Positions 26,192 to 32,699 of a stretch of DNA of 64,000 bases are shown piece by piece. Origin of the DNA: Candidatus Enterousia onthequi (lineage in GTDB: Bacteria; Pseudomonadota; Alphaproteobacteria; Rs-D84); the NCBI GenBank assembly GCA_018064365.1, contig JAGHVJ010000011.1, positions 13,269-77,268 of the forward strand. Reading direction: 5' to 3'. Every line of letters starts with the position of its first letter. Position 1 is the stretch's first letter. The translations under genes were made by a program, and so were the position numbers. The notes beneath the pieces were generated by a model that saw only the letters and a program-made list of their open reading frames with translations, did not search any database and was not told the origin of the DNA.

Positions 26192-27945
26192 TGGTTGCCC
26201 CCCTTGGTAAAATTGAAAGTTTCAAGGAAATGGTATATTGCTGATATTTTCCAATACAATTCAGATGGAAGTTTATGATTACCAGATTTAATATCAATCC
26301 ATAAACTTTTATCAAATAATTTGTTCATATATTCAGATGATGATATTTCGTCTATATGTTCTTGTAAATATTGAACTGCTAATAAATCGTATTTATCTGA
26401 AGGATTGACAAACGCCTGTTTTCTGCGTTTTATGATACCATCTGGGACATATTCAACAGCAATATCTTTGATCGGAGATTTTTCTATATTATTTACTATC
26501 TTTTCTTGACCAGACAAAGCAAATGCCATTTCTACAAATTTATGGTCAGTAAAAGGAACCCGACATTCTACTGAATTAGCCATAGACATTCTATCTTCTT
26601 GCATAAGATTACTTTGCAAATATGTTTTTGTTGCCCAATATGCCATTGAATTCAAATGGTCTTTGTTATTAAAAACAGTGTAAAAATTATTTAAACAACG
26701 CGCGGCATTTTCCAATAAATAATCTGTGTTTGCGTAAAATTTATTATAAATAGATAAATCTTTTAAATACTGTTCAGAAAAATGTTTTGTTAAATATTCT
26801 GGTTCGATATTTTTTAACGAATAAAAAGGAAAATCGTAATAATAACCCAACCACACTTCATCTGAACCTTGGCCATTTATTACTATTCTAAAACCGTTTT
26901 CCGAAGCGAATTTGTAATTACTAAACATAGAAAAATACACTTTGTCCCAAATAACCTCTTCCATGTGATAAGTTAATTTTTTCAGCAACGGCACAGAAAT
27001 ATCTTTTTTGGATACAAGAACCTTGTTATGTTTGATATTTGGATATTTATCTACCACTGTTTTTGCAAAATCAAAATCTATATTATTTTCAGAATCATCA
27101 TATTGGATAGTCATGGCAAAAATATCGGATTTTGTGTTTTTGGCGACAATAGAAGTCAACAAAGAACTATCAAGCCCACCTGATAATAATGTGGCATATT
27201 TTGCACTGCCTTGTAATCTTGTTAAAGTAGAATGTACCAATCTATCTTTTATCTCTTCTGTTGTGTACTTTTTATCATACGACTGTTTTAAATTCCAATA
27301 AACGTGTTCAGAAATATTATTTTTGCTTATTTCTATATATGTTCCGGGATTGACATGATAAACATCTTTGAAATATGTTTCTTTTTTATCGTCCCAAAAC
27401 CACATATATAAATCATTAAATATTTTGTTTATGTTTGGTTCCGTGACAACACCAAAATCAAATAAAGCCTTTACCTCTGATGCAAAATACAAAGAATTAT
27501 TAAGAAGTCTGTACACAATTTGTTTTACACCCAATCTATCACGTATAAGATATGTTTTTACAGATTTTTTATCATATATACCTATTGCAAAATCACCTTC
27601 AATGTATTTTATAAAATCTATTCCGAACTTGTCGTATAATCTTGAAATTACGCCTGCATCTAGTAAATCTGTGTCTAATCCAAAATCTCTAATCAATGCT
27701 TTATAATTATATATTTCCCCATTTAAAATAACGACAGATTTATCAGTTTCTATAGGTTGATTAGATTTATCGGAAAAATCTAATATAGATAATTTTGCAT
27801 GTCCCATTATGACGCTATCATCACTATACAAAATTTGACAATCTGGGCCACGATGTTTAATTGTGTTTAAAGCGTTGGTTGCGTTTTCTACATCTTTTTC
27901 AGATATAAATTCTTTTTGTTTAAATACACCTATTATTCCACACAT
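26188..27945 (-). CDS. asparagine synthetase B-like glutamine amidotransferase
   Basis: N-terminal nucleophile MCGIIG and PP-loop LLSGGLDSS. 585 aa. Confidence 0.85.
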   Translation of the reverse strand: MCGIIGVFKQKEFISEKDVENATNALNTIKHRGPDCQILYSDDSVIMGHAKLSILDFSDKSNQPIETDKSVVILNGEIYNYKALIRDFGLDTDLLDAGVISRLYDKFGIDFIKYIEGDFAIGIYDKKSVKTYLIRDRLGVKQIVYRLLNNSLYFASEVKALFDFGVVTEPNINKIFNDLYMWFWDDKKETYFKDVYHVNPGTYIEISKNNISEHVYWNLKQSYDKKYTTEEIKDRLVHSTLTRLQGSAKYATLLSGGLDSSLLTSIVAKNTKSDIFAMTIQYDDSENNIDFDFAKTVVDKYPNIKHNKVLVSKKDISVPLLKKLTYHMEEVIWDKVYFSMFSNYKFASENGFRIVINGQGSDEVWLGYYYDFPFYSLKNIEPEYLTKHFSEQYLKDLSIYNKFYANTDYLLENAARCLNNFYTVFNNKDHLNSMAYWATKTYLQSNLMQEDRMSMANSVECRVPFTDHKFVEMAFALSGQEKIVNNIEKSPIKDIAVEYVPDGIIKRRKQAFVNPSDKYDLLAVQYLQEHIDEISSSEYMNKLFDKSLWIDIKSGNHKLPSELYWKISAIYHFLETFNFTKGGNQ

Positions 27946-27955
27946 AATTACTCTT

Positions 27956-28969
27956 TTATTTTAATTTATTCAACACGTAGTCTTCTGCGACTGTTAAAAC
28001 AGACGTCTTGTTTTCTTTTGCTTTTTTAAGAAAATCTGTTGATTTATCGTAAATAATACCAACTCGTTTGTACACATAATCTGGACAATAATTTATTCCT
28101 TCACAATCAACATCTATAACACCACCAGAATTACATAAAAAATCTGGGATGTATGTAATTCCTCGATCAAACAATACATTATCAAGTTTCCGGCTCTGTA
28201 ATTGGTTGTTTGCGCCACCAGCAATGACTTTTGCTTTAAACATATGCACAGTATCATCATTTATGGTATTGCCCAATGCGCAAGGAGATAAAATATCTAT
28301 TTTATTCGAAAACATACCATTAGAATCTGACGGTATACAATCTAGTTCTTCAATACATTTATTCATTATATCTTTATTTATATCATACACATAAACATTG
28401 GCATTTGCAGCACGTAACATCTTTGCAAAATTATATCCAACCTTTCCTAATCCTTGAATAAATATATTTATATTATCTAAACTGTCCGTGTGCAGAACTT
28501 CTTTTGCGGCGGCTTTTATCGCCATACAAACACCGTAAGACGTAGCAGGAATTTGTGTCCCTTTATAATAAACACCCCGCGCATAGGGGGTATAATTACG
28601 CATAAACTCCATATCCTTAACAGATGTATTTACATCATCTGCGGTCATATATTCTCCTTTGAGAGAATTTAATAAATTACTAAATTCCAACAAAAGCGTT
28701 TCGCGCGGTACATTTGGGTTCCAATCATATATAAGTGTTTTACCACCACCAAAAGGCAAATCTACTACTGCGTTTTTATATGTCATCGCCTTGGATAACA
28801 AAGCTACGTGTTTTAATGCAGAAAAAGAATTATCCACTTTTAACATTCTGCATCCGCCAAGCGCAGGACCAAGTTTCGTACTATGAATTACAATCCATAA
28901 TTTTAAATTTTCAGATTTATAAGATACAGCTTTATAAAAATCTTTCCCTTTGAATATCTTGATTTCCAT
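27956..28969 (-). CDS. Glu/Leu/Phe/Val dehydrogenase-family enzyme (Leu/Phe-DH-like)
   Basis: LGPALGGCRM, LPFGGGKT (catalytic Lys region) and Rossmann GLGKVG. 337 aa. Confidence 0.8.
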   Translation of the reverse strand: MEIKIFKGKDFYKAVSYKSENLKLWIVIHSTKLGPALGGCRMLKVDNSFSALKHVALLSKAMTYKNAVVDLPFGGGKTLIYDWNPNVPRETLLLEFSNLLNSLKGEYMTADDVNTSVKDMEFMRNYTPYARGVYYKGTQIPATSYGVCMAIKAAAKEVLHTDSLDNINIFIQGLGKVGYNFAKMLRAANANVYVYDINKDIMNKCIEELDCIPSDSNGMFSNKIDILSPCALGNTINDDTVHMFKAKVIAGGANNQLQSRKLDNVLFDRGITYIPDFLCNSGGVIDVDCEGINYCPDYVYKRVGIIYDKSTDFLKKAKENKTSVLTVAEDYVLNKLK

Positions 28970-29692
28970 TTATCTGCCTCGACTTATTTCTTGCAAGAAA
29001 AAACGTTGCTTGTCTCTGCTTTTTAGTTGTCCATATGCGTATTCACAAACATTAGCACTTAATTCGTTTAAATATCCAAAGACCGGTTTGTATTTTGGTG
29101 ATAAATCCGGTGGCAAATAATTCACACAAGAATCTGTAATTTCAATAGTCTTATCAACAAATTCCCACTTTTCTTGAAAAGTCCACAATGGCGGATGTTC
29201 TACAACATCAATAACATTTGCTATCATGTCACTTATCTTGACTACTTTTGCATCAACTGAAATAGTTCTGGCATGCGGCACTTGCCATGCACGTTTGTCT
29301 TCTTCCTTGATTCCTGGCGGATTTGATAATTCATAAACCATTTCAGATATGTTTTTTGTGTTTTCTGTTCCGCCAACAAAACCAGATATGCTGTGTGCCA
29401 ACTTTTCCTTTGTGTTACATTGCGTATCTTCTATAACATCATGCAACAAAGCCACAGATGCAATTTTTATAATCCACTGAGGCATTTTTGAACATAAATA
29501 CTGCTTTAATGGAGCATCAACTAACGCATTCATTGAAATTTCAAAAACTCTTAACAAATGGTTTAAATGCGGTATCCTTTCTGTTCCCTCTCTTAATTGG
29601 CCTGCATGTTTTTCTTCAACAAAATAATAAACAGGTTTTAAATCTCTGTTTTTCAATATATCATTTACTGGAATTTGCTGATATTGTTTCAT
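28970..29692 (-). CDS. RelA/SpoT-type HD-domain phosphohydrolase (small alarmone hydrolase-like)
   Basis: HLNHLLRV... and ALLHDVIEDT are the His and HD..ED motifs of the SpoT hydrolase domain. 240 aa with no synthetase domain. Confidence 0.7.
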   Translation of the reverse strand: MKQYQQIPVNDILKNRDLKPVYYFVEEKHAGQLREGTERIPHLNHLLRVFEISMNALVDAPLKQYLCSKMPQWIIKIASVALLHDVIEDTQCNTKEKLAHSISGFVGGTENTKNISEMVYELSNPPGIKEEDKRAWQVPHARTISVDAKVVKISDMIANVIDVVEHPPLWTFQEKWEFVDKTIEITDSCVNYLPPDLSPKYKPVFGYLNELSANVCEYAYGQLKSRDKQRFFLQEISRGR

Positions 29693-30555
29693 AATTCCTC
29701 CAGATATTTCAAAATATCTTTGATTACTTGTATCTCTCGCTCCGAAGAATTACGAAGTTCCCGCTTATTTAACAGTTTATTCAAACGTTCATAAAAAACG
29801 TCTTTACTTACAATGTTGCCTCTATTTTTTTGAATACATTCTATAACAGGTGCGTAAGTTTCTGTAAATTGTGGCAAATCACCATCTTTTTCACCCCTAA
29901 CAACAACTTTTATAACATCGTATATCTTTTCTTTTTCAAACAAAGCCAATGTTGTTTCATAGCCAGAAGTAGCCAATTGATGAAAATTAAAATCGATAAA
30001 ATGAACAACTGGTGCATTGGTATCCAACTGTTTTTCATACCTTTCCTGGGTGGATATCAAACTTTCAATCTGATTAACCGCCATAGCATAGATTTGTATT
30101 TGATAGCCTTTTTCCTTTGCGTGTTTCACGATAAAATTTAATGCGAAATCAGTATCTCTTAATGTTCCTACGTATATTATATTTTTTCTTTGAGATGTTG
30201 CTGCAAGAATTATGTCTTCTTCCATATCAAACAGAAAACTGTTTGTGAACACAATAACATCATTACGATATTGCTTTATTTCTTCAAAATCAGGATGAAT
30301 TGTTCTGTATTCATCAATATCGATTACAACAAAACCCTCGTCCGGATAATCTTCCTTTATTCTTTTTATCAATGCTGTTTTACCTGCACCTGGCTGTCCT
30401 GCAGCAAAAATCAACTTTGGATTATTTGTTTCTGATACAGTATCTATATCTTTGCTTATCAAATAATTCTTTTTTTCTTCGTATTCATCTAACCTGACAC
30501 TTCTATTCACTGTAAATTTAGTCTTTAACTCGTCAAAATTCATTTTATTCTCCAT
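29689..30555 (-). CDS. zeta-toxin-like P-loop kinase
   Basis: Walker A AAGQPGAGKTAL, as in zeta/PezT-family kinases. 288 aa. An alternative start at 30543 (MNFDEL) is preceded by GGAG. The stop overlaps the HD gene start (ATGA). Confidence 0.65.
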   Translation of the reverse strand: MENKMNFDELKTKFTVNRSVRLDEYEEKKNYLISKDIDTVSETNNPKLIFAAGQPGAGKTALIKRIKEDYPDEGFVVIDIDEYRTIHPDFEEIKQYRNDVIVFTNSFLFDMEEDIILAATSQRKNIIYVGTLRDTDFALNFIVKHAKEKGYQIQIYAMAVNQIESLISTQERYEKQLDTNAPVVHFIDFNFHQLATSGYETTLALFEKEKIYDVIKVVVRGEKDGDLPQFTETYAPVIECIQKNRGNIVSKDVFYERLNKLLNKRELRNSSEREIQVIKDILKYLEEL

Positions 30556-30697
30556 ATGTGTGTATTTTCAATAAAACACCATCTCTTGTGTTAAGAGCTA
30601 TATTTAATCCGTGTTTGATGATTTTTTGGGCGAGTCTATTTAAACCATAAAAACTAGGTGCAATCAAATTTGTAAAGAAAATTATGACTCGCATCAT
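30545..30697 (-). CDS. possible 50-aa upstream ORF overlapping the kinase start
   Basis: My own translation: MMRVIIFFTNLIAPSFYGLNRLAQKIIKHGLNIALNTRDGVLLKIHTYGE. The TAA at 30547-30545 overlaps the 30555 ATG region and ends 1 nt before the 30543 ATG. No homology recognised. Confidence 0.25.
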   Translation of the reverse strand: MMRVIIFFTNLIAPSFYGLNRLAQKIIKHGLNIALNTRDGVLLKIHTYGE

Positions 30698-30805
30698 ATA
30701 TCCTTGATTGCACTTTATGATACAACACGCTTTTATAAAGTCAAGTTTTACTTGTTAAAACATCACTTTTGTATTATTTGGCTACATTCGACCACACTAC
30801 CGGAT

Positions 30806-30888
30806 AGTTTTCTTTGACTTCATTGGTCTTCGGGCAGTTCGATAAATCCATTTCAAAAATGGTCATTTTTTAAGCATTATCGAACTAA
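30806..30888. repeat. approximately 84-nt hairpin-forming repeat, copy B
   Basis: GTTCGATAA (30837-30845) pairs with TTATCGAAC (30877-30885). The core GTTCGATAAATCCATTTCAAAAA is 22/23 identical to copy A, and CATTATCGAACTAA is 14/14. Confidence 0.7.
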
Positions 30889-30958
30889 TTGAACACTGCT
30901 TAAACATCTTGTTTTTTGCAAATTTATGCGATAGTATCAATACAAACAAAAAACCGCC

Positions 30959-31756
30959 ATGATAAAAGATAAAAGTTTTTCTGCATATATTATACCAGTT
31001 CGCGTAAAAGATGGAGAAACGCAAGTTGCTATGTTGAATTATGGTTCAAATAATTATGGACCGATTGGCGGACGTCTTGATGATGGCGAAGATTTCAAAA
31101 CCGCGTTGCGTCGTGAATTAACTGAAGAATTGGGCGAACAATCTCTGAATTTGTTAGATTTAGTCACAGAAATCCCAGTTGCATATTCTTTCAAACACAC
31201 AGACCAGCAACGTGCAGAAAAGCGTGGTGCTTGGTCCGAAGAACACCATTATTTTATTTCACACGAAACAGAAAATATTGACCTAACATTTTGTGAAAAA
31301 CGAAATGAAAATATATCTGTTGTTTGGTTGAATATTGCAAGTTTAATCGACCCACAAATTATTCAAATTGCCGATATGCGTAATTTTTTTGCAAAACACA
31401 TTATATCTAACCTAGAATGTCGTTTTTCTATGAGTGTTCGGCATAAGTATTTTGAATTGATAAAATCTGGACAAAAAGATATTGAATTACGCGCGTATGG
31501 CGAAAAACGCAGAAAGATGAAAGTCGGTGATAAATTCTTGCTGTTTGATGCAGAAAATCCTGATGAATCCATTATTTGTGAAATATTAAATATGCATGTT
31601 GCGCCAAATTTTGAATCTTTGTTTAAAAAATTGGATATTAAACGTTCTGGTTTTGATAACTTAGACGAACTGATTGATACTGTCACAAAATTTGTTTCAC
31701 GTGAAGAATTACAGCGAGAACAAGTTGTCGGTATTGAAATCAAACGGGTTAAATAA
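30959..31756 (+). CDS. Nudix hydrolase fused to an ASCH-like (PUA-fold) C-terminal domain
   Basis: Complete Nudix box GRLDDGEDFKTALRRELTEELG (Gx5Ex7REUxEExG). The C-terminal roughly 110 aa (FELIKSGQKDIELRAYGEKRRKMKVGDKFLLF) resemble ASCH domains. Confidence 0.65.
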   Translation: MIKDKSFSAYIIPVRVKDGETQVAMLNYGSNNYGPIGGRLDDGEDFKTALRRELTEELGEQSLNLLDLVTEIPVAYSFKHTDQQRAEKRGAWSEEHHYFISHETENIDLTFCEKRNENISVVWLNIASLIDPQIIQIADMRNFFAKHIISNLECRFSMSVRHKYFELIKSGQKDIELRAYGEKRRKMKVGDKFLLFDAENPDESIICEILNMHVAPNFESLFKKLDIKRSGFDNLDELIDTVTKFVSREELQREQVVGIEIKRVK

Positions 31757-31970
31757 TAATTAAAATATTCCGTAAGTCGTGTTTTACGCGTTCTGTCTTT
31801 TGTATGTTTTTGACACATGTGGCTACACGATAGTGCAATTTTTTTGCTACACAGAAGCCACACAATGAAATTCTGCTACACAGTGAGCACACAGTTACAC
31901 GCGCTACCCCCCCCGCAGATTCTGTGGCGTTGCGAAGGTGTGTATAAATTTTTTGCGATTTTCCGGGGGC

Positions 31971-31995
31971 CACTGTTAATCCGTGTGGTATCGGT
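31971..31995. repeat. tRNA-Asn anticodon-region-like att fragment
   Basis: CACTGTTAATCCGT (31971-31984) is identical to 1159-1172. The next 11 nt are partly similar, after which similarity ends. Confidence 0.5.
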
Positions 31996-32038
31996 GTATA
32001 TTGCGCAAGGGGGGCTGACACCCAAAAAACAACAACGC

Positions 32039-32066
32039 TTGACATTTTGTTTATTTTGTCTATAAT
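32039..32066 (+). promoter_or_regulatory. near-consensus sigma70-type promoter
   Basis: TTGACA (32039-32044), 16-nt spacer, TATAAT (32061-32066). The ATG at 32074 lies 7 nt after the -10 element, which implies a leaderless or near-leaderless mRNA. Confidence 0.55.
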
Positions 32067-32073
32067 ACTTGGT

Positions 32074-32646
32074 ATGAAGAAAAAACAAACATTTATTGAT
32101 ACAATATATCTTGATATGGATGGGGTTGTTGCCGACATTCGGACATTGGCCTCTGCGTTGACAACCTGGATGCCGTGGGACATGTTATCACAACAAGAAC
32201 AACAAGAAGCACAGTCTAATCTTATACATTATAAAAAAGATTTTTTTCAACAGGCCACAACATACGAACATACAGAAAAATTATATAAATTATGCAGAAA
32301 ATATGCGTTACATGTTCGTTTTTTGTCTTGCTTTACACCCGAGTCTGAAAAAGAATTTGAACGCGTGGCACAAGATAAAAGAGATTGGATTCACAAGCAT
32401 ATAGATCCTGATATTCCTGATTCTGATATTATTATTGTTCAGCGCGGCAAACACAAGTATGCCAATGCTTCTAGTTTACTTATTGACGACAATCCAAAAA
32501 ACATTAAAAGATGGAGAGATTGTTATGGTACTGGTATAATCTTCAAAAATTTGAACAATTGTACATATCAATTAGAATCATTAAACTTTCAAAAAAAGCC
32601 TTGTAATTCTAACCTGTTACACACTGTGTTGCAAAGACAACGCTAA
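32074..32646 (+). CDS. HAD-family 5'(3')-deoxyribonucleotidase-like protein
   Basis: HAD motif I LDMDGVVAD and motif LLIDDNPKNI. Start moved to MKKKQTF (32074) because of the promoter position; the ORF-track start is 32047. Confidence 0.6.
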   Translation: MKKKQTFIDTIYLDMDGVVADIRTLASALTTWMPWDMLSQQEQQEAQSNLIHYKKDFFQQATTYEHTEKLYKLCRKYALHVRFLSCFTPESEKEFERVAQDKRDWIHKHIDPDIPDSDIIIVQRGKHKYANASSLLIDDNPKNIKRWRDCYGTGIIFKNLNNCTYQLESLNFQKKPCNSNLLHTVLQRQR

Positions 32647-32699
32647 TACTATTTTCATACAAATATATAAAAATGCCCCGAAGGGCATTTTTATATTTA

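Noticed and set aside
21986-30888. Hairpin repeats as integron attC sites bounding a cassette
   Set aside because: The GTT/AAC triplets are at the outer ends of the stem rather than in the attC R''/R' arrangement. There is no intI gene or attI. An 8.8 kb multi-gene insert with its own operon structure is unlike an integron cassette.
31749-32183. 144-aa minus-strand ORF and smaller ORFs across the GC-rich block
   Set aside because: They cross the att-like fragment, the repeat block and a consensus promoter, and their sequence is compositionally odd. I treat the region as noncoding.
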